A stretch of DNA of 64,000 nt from NCBI GenBank assembly GCA_010356995.1, contig ML996703.1, forward strand, positions 124,001-188,000. The letters run 5' to 3'. This DNA is from Trichodelitschia bisporula. Its lineage: Eukaryota. Made by a program: the position numbers and the translations under genes. Numbering within the stretch: position 1 is the first letter of the stretch; each line of letters begins with the position of its first letter. Below the pieces are notes generated by a model. It saw nothing but the letters and a program-made list of their open reading frames with translations, was not told where the DNA came from and ran no database searches. Positions 1 to 12,517 of the stretch are shown piece by piece.

Positions 1-367
1 CTGAGATGGATGCGATGTGCGTAAGGATGGATAGGAGACCACACTGTGTTCTCTCTCTCTTCTGCCGCTGACCTGCTGCGAGCGAAAAGGCGCGATTGTC
101 CCAACTGCAACCCCGGCGCGCGTCGTGATGGCGTTTGAGGGGCTTGCTGACCTGAGGAGCACAGGAAGAGAAGAGGAAGGCAAGGGAAGGGAAGGGAGGG
201 GAGGGGGGTGAGGCGGCTGCAAGCGTGGGCGGGTAGGGGGAGAGACGAGAGATTCGATACGGGGTAGGGAGTGGAGTATCGTGGGGCTTGAACGATGGAA
301 AGAAAGTGCCGAGGTGATGGCAATCAGGTGTCAAAACGGCCGTTGACGATGGAGAAACAATGGGGTG

Positions 368-385
368 GAAGAAGAAGAAGAAGAA
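368..385. repeat. (GAA)6 microsatellite
   Basis: Direct reading of the sequence. Confidence 0.85.
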
Positions 386-693
386 GAGTCAACTGGCTTG
401 CCTTTGGGCTTCGAAGAAGAAGTTTGTTTGCTGGCTCGAGGGCGTTTGGGCTGTGAGAGCGCAAGCGGTTTGCATGTACAGAGTCGTTGCGGATACTCCT
501 CCACAAAGGAAGAAGACTAGCCTCGCGCGGAGAAGAAAGAAAAGGGGTGGCACGGTTGCTTGACTTTGGGTTTCTATCTTCGCTCCAATTGCTCTTCGTT
601 CTCTCAGCTCTCGAGTCCCTAACCTTATCTTACACAGCGAGTTCGCCGTCCTCGTCATCGCTCGTCCATCTCTCTGGTCGCCTTCTCTCTCCC

Positions 694-726
<33 letters not shown>
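694..726. repeat. (CAT)11 microsatellite
   Basis: Direct reading; it produces the spurious poly-His and poly-Asp ORFs in the track. Confidence 0.9.
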
Positions 727-728
<2 letters not shown>

Positions 729-1570
729 CTCCCCACGGCCCCATCTCCTTAACCCATCAATTGGCAAATCGCAATAGGAGAGCCCATCTCCATCTCCCCC
801 CGCCCCGACAAAACCAACGAATCAAACGGCCCGCCGTCACGTCAACCCACGGGAGGCGTCCACGGCTGCTTCGTCCCGCAGCTCGGGCGCCCCTCCCCCG
901 TGTCCTTATCCCCCATCCTATCCCATCTCTTCTCTCCATTTCTCTAACCTCAACTTGACACACATGTCTCTAAGCCTCCGAACTCTGTATGAAGGCCATG
1001 TTCAAGAAAGGCTTCATCACGGCTTGCGAGCTACAGTAAAGAACCCTTTCTCCACCTCCACGCTCCACAGTCCCTGATAACCCCCTCAGCCCTATGCAGG
1101 TACAAAAGGGGAGCGCGCGTGCCGCTAATTTAGACGCGAAAAAAAAGGGACCCAGAACTTTGTTTTTCGGTGACGCCAACCTTCACTGGCTGCATATCAT
1201 GCGCGACGACAACTTCACGCGATAACTGTCGTCGCCGCTGTGCCTGTACATCCGTAGTGGATAACTTTAGACGAATACCGGCAACCTCATATCATCATTT
1301 CGCCATCTCTTCAAGAAGAAGCCGGTTACACTAACCCCGAATGCATCCAGTATCCGTGCCACGTTGCCCACAATTCCCCAACCCCGTGCTCAAGAGCGTG
1401 GCACGAAAACGGCCGGCAATCGGTAATGTGTAATGGTTAATCATTCCATGGTTCAAGAGAATACGGTGCATGAGAAGCTGCATTATGCCGTGAGCTACTT
1501 TCAACTACCGCTGATATCCATGCTTGAGACCCGAGATGATCACAGTCCTAGAAATCACAGTCGTCACCCC

Positions 1571-3314
1571 TCACGCCGTCAGCGTGTACTCCACCGAGTT
1601 CCCCGGCTGGCGCGGAAAAAACTCAAAGGTAAACGTCGCCGCCATTTTCTTCGACGTCACCGCGTCCACAGCGCCCTTGGTGAGGATGACGCTCTTGCCG
1701 TCCCAGTTCCAGTGGTTGTTATACGTCTATTCATGATCAGCCTCACGATCCCCACAGTACCAGAGGACTCACCACATATCCCTGCTGCAACGGTCCCAAA
1801 TACTTCGTCCAGTCGTCGGCCAAGTAACTCTGATCCGAAAACCGCGCCTTCACAGCCGCTATCTTCGGCAACCCCTTCCACGTAACCGGAATATGCAAAT
1901 CCGCCCCACTCACGGCCTGCGAACTCTTCGCCCCGAGCACCGGCACATCCCACTGCACCAGCTGCACGCGGACGTCGGCACCGGCGCTGAAGCTCACGGT
2001 CAAGTTCGCGCGCACGCCCGCCGGCCCGGTCGTCGCAAAGTACTTCCCAAGGAATGCCGGCGTGAACGCAACCCCGGACCCACGGACCGCATAATCGCGC
2101 GGCGCAACCAGCGCCCCGTCCGGGCCGGTCACGCTCTTAACGGTATTCCCATTGAGCTCGAATGTGATCGTGCTCTCCTTCACCGGCTGTCCGAGCTTGT
2201 GGAACACGAACGCGGAGCTCGTCTGCGTCGTGGCCTTCGGGTCGGTCGTCCCATCCGGCAGCGCGTTGCGTACCCCACGGGCGGCGTTGAAGTACACCTC
2301 CTTTCCTGTCGGGTCACGTATGGTCCGCGCGGCCCTATCCAGGAAATCGTCCCCGTTGTCCCACAGGATAGTCGCAGTGTCATACTTCTTCGCCGCTTGG
2401 GAAAACGCATCAAAGTACCGCCAGCGCGCGCCAGGCTCGACCGTTGCTCCCGCGGACCACTCCCCAATCACAAGGGGCACGTTGGTGAAATTTCCACGCA
2501 CGGCCGCGATATCCGCCTCCAGCGCCGCCTTGTCCTCCGCAGAGCCCCAGACCGTCTTGCCCCAAGCGCCGAAGATGAAGTCGTACGGTGAGTAGTAGTG
2601 GTACTGCAGAGCCCAAGGATTCTTGATACCGGGCGGTACCTTAAACCACTGGCTCGTCTTCGGGCCATCTTCGCCGAGCCCGACAAGCGTTACCACGCGC
2701 TGTACATTGTGCCCGCCAGCTGCGGCGATGGCTTCAAGGAACACACCGTTCATGCGGTTCAGAATGTCGGCGTGCTCCTTCGTCGTGCCCTTCGGCTCGT
2801 TGATCGGCTCGAAGGCGACTTCCGGCCCGGCGCACGCGAGTTTCTGCCCGATCTGCGTCCACAGCGCGCGGAACTTATCCTCAATCGCCTTAACATCCGC
2901 CCCTCCGGCGGTAAAATCGAACCACTGCCAGCTATCGTGGTGCACATTGAGCACGACGTAGAACCCGCGTGAGGTCGCCATGTCTGTTACTGCTGCTACG
3001 CGGTCCAGCCATTTCGCGTCGACCGTGTAGTCCGGCGCGGGCCCGATCTTGGTTGTCCATGTTATGGGGAGGCGCACGCTTTTGAAGCCTGCCTTCTTGA
3101 TGTCGTCCAAGACGGTGGGAACGACGGGTGGGTTGTTCCATGACCCTTCGTCAGGGACGGCGTCGAGCGTGTTGCCCAGGTTCCAGCCGGGTGTGAGAGC
3201 GTGGATGAAGGCCGAGGCATCGATGGCCTTGAAGGTACCCGGGCACTGAACTGGTGCTTCGGCGGCAGGGAGAGCGAGCGCCGTGGCGGCGAGCGCCAGC
3301 AAGGTGAGCTTCAT
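1571..3314 (-). CDS. Secreted GH5 endoglucanase (GH5_4-like) with C-terminal Ig-like X2/CBM46-like region
   Basis: Signal peptide MKLTLLALAATALA. Motifs GWNLGN, NVHHDSW, EPINEP (acid/base), HYYSP, IGEW (nucleophile), WDNG. Intron 1727-1772 (GTGAGT...TAG) leads to last exon TYNNHWNWD...VEYTLTA*. Confidence 0.93.
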
Positions 3315-3760
3315 AGTGAGTGACGGCTCCAACGCCTACGACTCAACGGAAATGAACGACTGTATGGTTAAACGAATGTCAACAACAACAAAGACGTGCG
3401 TCCAGCACACCGTTATACCAAACTCGCGGACGCACAAGCTCCGGAGAAATTCCCATCGCCCGTGACGGTTATGCTGCCGCTTCTATATTGCTCCTATAAG
3501 CCTTATACGGACCGTCCGGGCCCGGGCCACGCAGGCCATATTCCGGCCCGGCCTTACGGGATAATCAATCTCGGACGGGGCCCGCGCGGCCGGATAGCGT
3601 GCCGAGGGCGGGTTTGGGCACGGCGTAATGGGGCATGGCTCAAGGCACGAGGAAAAGTAAGGAGTGCAGAGTGAAAGCATTGTAACAGACGAAAAACAGA
3701 AGAAATAAGAGTGGTAGGGCCGCTCATGTCTAGATATACTTGTTGTCATGTTTACAGACT

Positions 3761-3984
3761 GATGTTGACACGAGGCAGGAGCATTACTGGGAAGGAAGGA
3801 ATATGGCAATGTGCTCACGATAGAAGGAAGGAACATGGGAGGATATTTGCCGCATGGTGAATTTAGTTTCAAGCGTCTCTTCACTCTCTTCTTCTCTTTC
3901 ACTGCAGACTGTAATCATTGCACGTGTCAAGCCTATGCTCCATTACAGACTCGAGATGGTGTTGCTCTTTTTGTTCGATGCTAG
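3761..3984. repeat. Dispersed degenerate element, copy A
   Basis: Colinear motifs shared with 40482-40743 and 58419-58620: GATGT(T/A)GACA(C/T)GA, GAGCATT, GGAAGGA, GGAGGA, TG(A/T)ATTTA, CT-rich tract, GCACGTG, CCAT. Confidence 0.7.
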
Positions 3985-3985
3985 T

Positions 3986-5400
3986 TCAGTTCCCTTTCCC
4001 CTTCCCGCTCTGCAACGTCACCGCCTCCGCGCTCGACACACACGGCAACCCAACGCCGCCCTTGACATTATCGCAGACAATGACCTCCTTCCCCTTCGCA
4101 TTCGGGCTCGTGATATTGATATTGCGCAGCTCGATGCCCGAGCACGTCGCGCCGGGGGAGCAGAGCAACTCCGCGATCTTGTTCTTCCTCTTCCCGCTGC
4201 TCGTCCCAGTGATATTGATGAACCTGACATCCGAGATATTGACCCGGCTCGGGTACTTCGCGCACTCCGCCGGCTTAACGCTGAAATAGCACTGGTCCAG
4301 CACGAGGGGATAATCCGTGTTCACCACGTGGATGTCCTCGTATGTGACGTTGCGGATATACCCATACCCCACGTCCTTCCCCGCCCACGCCTTGAGCCTA
4401 GCGCCGGTCTGGCCATTCAGCAGCGTCACATTCTTGATATACGCATTTGAGATGTAATCCAGGGTTCCCGGGTATTGGCCGATGGACCCCATGCTCACGC
4501 CGTGCGTGTTGTTGCACCACAAATTCTCAACATGAATATTCGTGGTATTCGGCTTCGGGCTGAAGCAATCATCCCCAACGTCGACCTCGGTGTTCGTAAC
4601 CCTTAGCCCATCCACATTCCAGCTATCAAACCCATCCGTATTCTTCGGCCTATTCTCATTCGAAGAATGCGAATCAAACCGACACCGGTCAAATGCCACG
4701 TTCTTCGTCCGGACCAGGAACGTGCTCCAGCATGGCGAGTTCAGGAACCGGAGCCCGGAGATCTCGATATTCGTCGCGTTGTCCGTCATGAACAGAATGG
4801 GTCGCAGGTACGTATTCTCCTTGTCTAGGATCTCGCGCCCGGCGAACCCGTCGTACCACGCTTGGCCGTTGCCGTTGATCGTCCCGCGGCCGAAGATTTT
4901 GATGTCGGACCCGCCCCAGACCCAGAATGTGATGCTCTTTTGGAAGTCGTAGTAGAAGTGGTTGGCTTGCCAGTAGGGAATGTCATCGGTAAACTGCCTC
5001 CAATTAGCTCACCCTCATGGCTCGAGGCAGCGCAACCTACCTTGATCTCCCCATCCACTCTCACGTACACATCCCTCAAAAACGTCAAATCCAGCTTCTT
5101 CCCAAGAACATACGTCTTCCCCGCCTCCAACACCAACAACCCCCCCCCATTCGCACTCTTCAACCCCGCCAGGAACTCCGCCGAAACATCATCGGTATCG
5201 CTCGCCGATGCCCGGATGGTAGTCCGCTTCCGATCCGCCTCAAGACAATTCCCCCAGTTATCAGTCCCAGTCGCGCATTTTTTGACCGGCGCGGGGTCCA
5301 CGACCGTCAATCCACCTTCTAACTCGCCCACAGGCGCGAGGAACCGCGCGTGCGCGAGCAGCGGCAGCAACTGCAACAAAAAGAGCGTAAGACCGCGCAT
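3986..5400 (-). CDS. pgxB: Secreted GH28 exo-polygalacturonase (PgxB-like)
   Basis: Signal peptide. GH28 motifs NTDGFD, GDDC, HGVSMGS, RLK. Intron 4994-5040 joins GEIK|FTDDIPYWQ. The subfamily call is from recalled similarity. Confidence 0.9.
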
Positions 5401-5426
5401 CCTCAGCGATCAAAACGAAAGATTGA

Positions 5427-5435
5427 TCCTCCAAT
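5427..5435 (+). promoter_or_regulatory. GARE-like motif TCCTCCAAT (GaaR site consensus TCCnCCAAT)
   Basis: Exact consensus match about 27 bp upstream of the GH28 ATG; it may lie in the 5'UTR. Confidence 0.4.
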
Positions 5436-5656
5436 TCTCACTCCGAAGTCATATTTGAATCCCCCGCCGCGCACCGCATACAACCCGCTGCAAAGTGCCC
5501 AGGGCCATATAAACCGACCCAGCGAGCTAAACTTCTCCCCAGCTGCCTGAAATCAGACCTGGGAGCCGTTCCCAAGTGTGCGGGTCCGAGCTTGTCTGGT
5601 GTGTACCAAAGTAATCTGTCTGCGGATGATTGGCGCCATGACGGGAGTCGCTGGCT

Positions 5657-5665
5657 TCCACCAAT
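5657..5665 (+). promoter_or_regulatory. GARE motif TCCACCAAT (galacturonic-acid responsive element)
   Basis: Exact match to TCCnCCAAT about 257 bp upstream of a pectinase gene. Confidence 0.6.
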
Positions 5666-6018
5666 GACCCGCGAGGCGGGAACGTGTCTCTAGGAATTGT
5701 GGACGGCGGATCGATTGGGTTGCTTACGGGTGCTAGGTGGGATATATAGTACTGCTCGGGCCGACGTTGGCATTCCGTGCCTGTGGCGCTGGCGCTGGCG
5801 GTGCAGGGCTGACCTAACACCAACACCTTTCCCGCCCGCGAGGCTGAGATACCAAGATATCAATTTCAACTACCACTCACTATCCCACAAATCCATTGCA
5901 CCAGCTACGCCATCATCCAGATAAGTATGGTACAAACCGATAGTCCCAAACGAAACCGCAGATCCTACTCAATGTACCGCCACACCCACCAGCCTCCCCC
6001 TCAAACTCACAGCTAAGC

Positions 6019-7474
6019 TTAATTGAACCGCTGCCTCTTAATCGCCCCCCCACCCATCTGCCCCGTCTGCCCCATCTGCCCCCCCTGGAACGCCCCGCGC
6101 CCCATCCCGCCCATCCCCATCCCATTCCCCATATTACTCGGCATGCCCGGCATCGGCATCCCACCACCCATGTTGCCGGCCATCGGCCCGCCCATCGGGC
6201 TCCCCATGGCCCCGCCCATCATCCCCCCGCGACCCATCATCCCCATCCCACCGCCCATCATCCCCATCCCCTGCCCCATCATCCCGCCGCCCATCATCCC
6301 AGGCATACCGGGCATAACACCGCCCGCAAAACCGCCCATGCCCGGCGAAGCCGGCATCCCCCCCCTCCCCATCCCCATCTGCCCGCCCATCATCCCCCCT
6401 CTTCCCATATTCATTCCCCCAGCCGGCATGCCAGGCAACGCACCCACCCCCCCGCGGCCACCACGCATCATTCCCCCTCCACGGAAACTATTCTGCGCAT
6501 TATACCCCATGCCATTCTGCTGAAACCCCTGATTGGCCTGCATGCCGCCCGCATACCCAGCACCAGACACCTGAATGCCCATCCCACCACGGTTCTGATA
6601 CCCCATGCCCATGCCCATGCCGCCGCGGTTGTTGCTGTAGCCCCCGTGGTACCCGCCGCCGCGGCGGAGGTTGTTCTGTGGGCCGCTGAAGCCGCTGCTG
6701 CCCTGCATGCCGCCCATGCCGTGCTGGCGCGTCATGGTGCGTGGGTTGTTAGGGAAGGTGTCTTTGGTGCGGTAGTACGGGTTGAAGTTGGCGTAGTGCA
6801 CGATGTAGCCGCTGCGGGCGCCGAGGGGCTTGGGTAGCGAGGTGATATGATGCTTTACGGCTTCGGCGGCTTCGGCAGTCTTGAACTTGACGTAGACGGA
6901 GCTGGCTCGTTAGTCGGAGCTACGAAAGGAGACTAAGCGCCAATGGAACGTACCCCTTGGACTTTCCGTTCGGCTTGAACTCATCAAACTTGAGCTCCAC
7001 CAATTCCTGCTCATGACCAACTTCGTTGGCCCATTGCCGGATAGTTTCTTCGCTAGTGTTGTGCGTAATTTGGTTGATGGTGATAGCGTCTATCGGTCTT
7101 TCGCCAGGAAGAGAGCCAGGAACCACCGAAGCTGGCCGGGGGGTGATGGTAGTGCTACTACCCTCGTCGTCTTCGGCCTTGCGCTTCTTCGTGCTGCTCA
7201 CTGACCCAACAGGCGTTGAAACTTGCGCGGGAGTTGGCTGCGCGGAGTGTTGTGCAGAATCAGCGGGCGGGGCGTCATTGGAGTCCATCCGGTCGTAGCC
7301 GTCATCAGCCGCGTCGCCCTGGTAGCCACCGCTATTGTCACCGCTCGCTGTTTGCTCGGCGCCGGCTTCGTACTGTTGCCCACCGTCGTCTTCGACGGGG
7401 GTCTCACCGTTCTGACCGGTGCCTTGTTCATCCATGTAGCTGAGATCGAGGTAGAGATCATCATGTTCGGCCAT
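6019..7474 (-). CDS. RBP35: RRM protein with RGG and Met/Gly/Asn-rich tail, CFIm68/CPSF6-like (fungal Rbp35)
   Basis: Acidic N-terminus, RRM ELKFDEFKPNGKSKG|SVYVKF (intron 6902-6953), multiple RGG, M/G-rich low-complexity tail ending KRQRFN. Confidence 0.8.
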
Positions 7475-8736
7475 GTCTGCGGTTGCCAAGGCTACCGGGT
7501 CGGGCTGTTTGCTCTATCCGAACGCGCCCCAGAGGCGAGCTGCGAGTCTACTGTCGAGCGGTCACCTGAGTTTGAGAAGTCGTTTGTTAGGTACAGTCTT
7601 TAAATACAAATAATAGGAGAGTGTCAGGGCCCATGCGGGCAGCAATCGAGTCGAGCATTGCGACCCCATCTTACCAATTGAACTTGAGCGCGAAATGCAA
7701 GAGAAAGACAGAGATAGGGTGACAGCCATGTGGTTTACACGTACCCTTCCAGAGATGAACCTTGTACAAGAGCAGTATCGCCGTACAATGATATGAAGAT
7801 GCTTCAAGTCGTAAAATCAATGGCGAACTGCGGGGAGAGAGATGCCGTGGCAGATGCTGAAAATATCAAAGCCGCTTGAGCGGAGCTGCGGCAAACCGAA
7901 AATAGGATGGACAGAACAATGTGCCTCGAAGTATTATCGTGAGTAAAGCCTTCAACAACCAGGGGCCCAAAGCTTCGGGAAAATATTATCTCCGCTATCA
8001 GACCAATACAATCGGGTAAGCCAAGCTTGTCTGCACGAAATGATCCACCGAAACCACCTTGAGGGGGCGCCGGTTACGGGGGAAGTACTAGGTGAGTCGA
8101 GGGAGTACGGTGAGCGTTGATGAGGAGCAAACTGTGGTTGGAATTCGCGACCGAGGGTGCGGCGAAGAATAGCTCCCATACGTTAGCTTTGCTCATTGAA
8201 TGGATAGTGGCGGAAGCAAACCTCACTATGCGGGATGCAGAAAGGATTCGGCGAACGCCCCCAGTGAGGCTCGCGACGTGGTGACGGTAAACCAGGACGA
8301 TGTCGACAAGGCGCTTCGCGGCGATCCGATGAGCGGTCTACACACACCAGCGTCCAGAAGAAATTGGTACCCGTCCGGGGATAAAGCACAGCCGTTGAGT
8401 ATCGCGTAGAGCTTGCCGAAACACGATAAGGCTTCAGGAAGGCGCCGATTTGATGCCAGAGGATGGAGAGGTGTACTCGCAAGTCTGTACGGTAGGGCGA
8501 ACGAAGGTTGGGGCGACGGCTGACTAAGGAAGCACGGAAGGCTCCCGGGTGCTATCCCTTGTCCGGGAAGAGCTTAGCGCTCAAGGGGGTCCGGGGTGCG
8601 GCGCCCGGGCCATCACTCTTGGACTTGGGGATATCTGGCTTTACTGCGCAACGGTCATCTTCATCCTTCGCGACGCACTCACCTCCAAAGTCCTTACTCC
8701 TCCCAGCCCCAAAGTCCTCAATTTCGCATCTTCAAA

Positions 8737-9049
8737 ATGTCTGACCAGATCAAGGTACGAGATTGCCTGCCGGCGCCGCCGCAGTTGCTCACAAGCCGTA
8801 GGAGTTCGCCGAGATCCCGAGGGAGTTCCTGAAAGATGGCACTCAGTTCATCAACCGGTGCACGAAGCGTACGTCCTCATCTGATAATGGGTTGTGCCGT
8901 TGTGGATGCCCTTCTGACTCCTCTCAGCGGACCAGCGCGAATTCATGCAGATCAGCAAGGCCGTCGGCGTGGGTTTCGTCGTCATGGGCGCCATCGGCTT
9001 CGTCGTGAAGCTGATTCACATCCCCGTAAACAACATCCTAGTGTCATAA
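8737..9049 (+). CDS. SSS1: Sec61 translocon gamma subunit
   Basis: Exons 8737-8754, 8802-8868 and 8928-9049 give MSDQIKEFAEIPREFLKDGTQFINRCTKPDQREFMQISKAVGVGFVVMGAIGFVVKLIHIPVNNILVS*. Not recovered in the ORF track. Confidence 0.96.
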
Positions 9050-9386
9050 GGCATACGAGTTCGAACGACAGGGAGATTACGCGGGCGGGTCATCATGAAC
9101 CTCAACATGTCTCGATTGCAGACTTCTTGGGATAATCAGCGGGCGGGAGTCCTCGGAGACAGTGGCAGTACGCTCAACATGTATCATACATTCAGTCATG
9201 GCGGGAGTTGTGTTCACGGCAGGTTAGGGTAAAAGCCTCATAGTTTCGTTGCCTGGGTATATGTCCATTCTGATGTCGTGTCTCTCCGCATAAATACAAC
9301 CGATACCGATATTCTCCCGCGCCACGCCCTTCCTAAGCACCGTTGAAAGAAAGTTCCCGCATCACATATGCAAAATCCCGCCGCAA

Positions 9387-11443
9387 TTAATTATGTCCAG
9401 TCTCGGGGCGAAGCTCTGCGTCAAGCTGGTAACCCATCGGCGGTTCACCCTCATCGTCTTCCAGGCCGTCACTCCAGCTGTGCACAGTGCACGTACCGAG
9501 CGAAGATCCTCGTCCATTCCACGCGGTTGCTAAAGGCGTCAGTCATATACGAGATTTTCAAGCAAAATACTTACCAGCGATGATAGGCGCATTGGGATGC
9601 CAACTGGCGTCTCGCACGCAAACCCTGAAGTTCTGAGGCCCACTAAAGAAGTGACGGGCTTGGAAGCCAGGGCCCTGTCTACGGCTCATATGCTGAGTAG
9701 CCGCCGACACGTCGATCTGCCCAGCAAGCGTCGCATCCATATTCCAGATGTAGACCTTGCCGTCGTAGCTCCCGGAGTAGACGTAACGCGAGTCGGAGCT
9801 ACCCTGCGGAGAGAAATGGCACCGAATCAGGGTCATGAGCACTTCGTGGCCGCGGAACGTGACGAGCGAGCTGTCATGCGGATGCGGCCGCCAGTTCTCG
9901 AAGTTGTAAGAGTTCATACGGTACTCGAATCCGGTGCTGTAGCTGTTAATGGGGATCCTGTCAACCCTCTCGGGAGTCATGGCCTTTCTCAGGTCCCAAA
10001 GTTTTGCGCACTGGTCCTTGCCGTTGCTGAGGATGTATCGGCCGTCACCCTTGCTGTCGACATAGGTCAGGCCCTCGGTATGGCCGAGGAACACACCGGC
10101 GGGACGGCCATCGCCCATACTCCGACGATCCCACACCTTGAGCGTTGTGTCGTCTGAGCCAGAGTAGAGGATATGCGGTGAGGCCGTATCAGCAAAACAT
10201 ACAGCATTGACATCATCGTCATGACCCTGAATGCGTAGAACCGACTGGCCTCTCTCGATGTCGTAGACATACACAGACCGGTCAACCGTTCCGGCTACCA
10301 ACTCGCGCCCGTCGCCTGAGAATCGGATGGACCAGACGCCAAAACGGGAATAGTGGCCGCGTGGCCGCCATCCAGCGTGAGAATCGGCCGCCAGGTTCGC
10401 GAAGTCCAAGTGTCGCGGAGGAGAGTCATCTGCTGAATCCGTGGAAGCGAGGCAGACCATCTTGGTAATAGAGCTGTAGGCCAGGAACCGATTATCCGGG
10501 CTCAGCGAAGCATCCGTGATGGTCCAAGAACCAGAATCGAAGTCGACGGACTGATCGTCAGCTCTGTAGCCAGAAAGAGAAACAGCCTGCCTACCTTGTA
10601 GTACTCCCATTTGTACGGATTCGACGTGTCGTACATCCGTACTTTGAAGTCCTGTCCGCATGTGAAGAAAAAGTTGCCATCGTTGGAAAACTGGCCAGAG
10701 TAACAGCGCGAGCCGTAGTGTATGATAGAGTCCGCCTTGGAGGATGGCAGCAGTCCTTGTCGCAAGGTTGAATTTTCTGCCCGCTGTCTTCCGTACGGTC
10801 CCAATCCCAATTCCCGCCGCAGGAGCCGATAAGCCAGCTTCTTTTGGCGGGTTGGCGTCACGCTGTTTGTACCCCGTTCGGTCGTCCCGAAGGTCCCCGT
10901 GAACATAAGGTCCCGGCCGTTGGCGCTGGGTACCTTTTCAAACTGTATGGGTGGCCAATATTTTTTCCTTCCCTCCCTCGGGCGCTTTTCGGCTGCTTCC
11001 TCGGGAGTGGACGCAAAAAACGCCCCACTGTACGAGCGCATCATCTGGCGAAGCCCGTTTTCGCTGCCGAATAGACGCAATATCTGGTCCGGGGTGACTA
11101 TGGCTGGTTAACTAGGAGGGTTATTGTGTCCGCGAGGAATCGTACCAAGTTGCGGGTGGCCCGCCTGGTCATCCTCGTCGGCTTCATCATCTTCATCATC
11201 ATATTCCATATCCTCCTCATCCTCCTCTTCTTCTTCGTCCATCCCATCATCCTCAAGCTGGTACTCCTCATCTTCCATGCCCTCGTCATCCCATTCTTCT
11301 TCGGGATCATCCTCGTCATAATCTTCAGCCGGGAATGTCGGTGTGAAGTCCATGGCGTCATCAGCTGGGTCTCGCGGTTGCGCTGTCTCCAAGAGTGAAC
11401 CTAATGGCACTGTCTGCCCGTTTCCTGAGGGATATGCACTCAT
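9387..11443 (-). CDS. DCAF11: WD40 protein DCAF11/WDR23/LEC14B-like (CRL4 substrate receptor)
   Basis: Acidic N-terminus. WD repeats GHDDDVNAVCF, SGSDDTTLKVWDRR, GHTEGLTYVDSKGDGRYILSNGKDQ, TLIRCHFSP, VRDASWHP. Introns 11104-11145, 10551-10594, 9530-9574. Confidence 0.92.
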
Positions 11444-12517
11444 GTTTGTTCCGGTGGTCGAAGTGCGTGGTACAAGAATTGGATAGATGTCGGGTATCCA
11501 AGCCGCGCTGACTTGACGGTATCGGGAATCCCGCGGGGGCACGGAGATAGTGCTGGCCGATGTCCGCGCCGCCACCCCGCGTCGATCCCGCACTCGGTTA
11601 GGCCTGGGCTAAGGATGTTCCCCGCAGGGCTCCCATAAACTTCTACGGTTTGTTTCTTCACGATCCACTCTTCGATTCACCCTGCCCTACCTCCGTAAGT
11701 ACAGATACTTACAATGGTAGAAATGAGAGACGTTGTTAGGGTGGTGCGCTTGGTCAACGTGAAATTCAACGTTGCTGGCGTTTACGAGGTGTGTAACTAG
11801 GAAGGGCCTCGAATCTGTCGGGTTGGGATATACCGAAAGTCGTTGCGCCTTCAAAGATTGTAACAAGTTTCAACAGCCTTAACGTTCCACTTTGGGACGA
11901 TATGCGAGGTATCACCATATTCGTACGACGCGAGTTAACAGAAGCTTATTGGAGCCCGGAGCTTTCGCCCGTTACCTCAAGGGTTCCCTATTAGAGCTGA
12001 ACCCAGGGCTTGTCGCTTATTTAAAACACTCCGTGGGCCCTATTCGCCGACAAACTGTCAATGTTGTATATGGGGTCAGGCACCTAGCTGTCCATGGACT
12101 TGGAGTCGCTAAGCGAGCCACGACTTGATTGATTTACGTGCAGGTTTGAGCAAGTTCTACCAAGCAAATACCGTCGACCATCCGTCGCACCTGACGCCTT
12201 TTAAACTCCCAATATGGAAACAACGCATGAGAGCCTCCAAAACAACGCCGTCACGGGACGAAACTCCAGTGATCATGCCCGTGGCGAGGCGTGTATCGTG
12301 GGCCATGCGCTAGTAGCCCGATGCCGGACACATCAACCCCGGGAATGGCATGGTGGAAGTGCATCGTAGGCGCTGGGCGGATGGGTAATGGAGAAACTGT
12401 GCCCATCCCTAGTTGACGAGCAAGACTGCGCTACTCCATGGGCAACGAAACTTGACTCCGGCAACCGAAACGCCAAGTCTTCCCTGCTATGGGGAAGTAT
12501 CGGTCTCTGCTCCAGTT

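Noticed and set aside
389..777. Poly-Asp and poly-His ORFs
   Set aside because: Products of the (CAT)11 microsatellite in non-coding DNA.
3752..3951. 9-bp direct repeat TTACAGACT (3752, 3943) and 8-bp inverted TTGACACG/CGTGTCAA suggesting a Mutator-like MITE
   Set aside because: Homology with copy B extends beyond the second 9-mer to 3984, and copies B and C lack equivalent TSDs or TIRs.
9290..9335. Weak similarity to the reverse complement of the dispersed element downstream of SSS1
   Set aside because: Only scattered short matches (TAAATACA, CTCC, CCTTCCT); cannot be supported without an alignment statistic.
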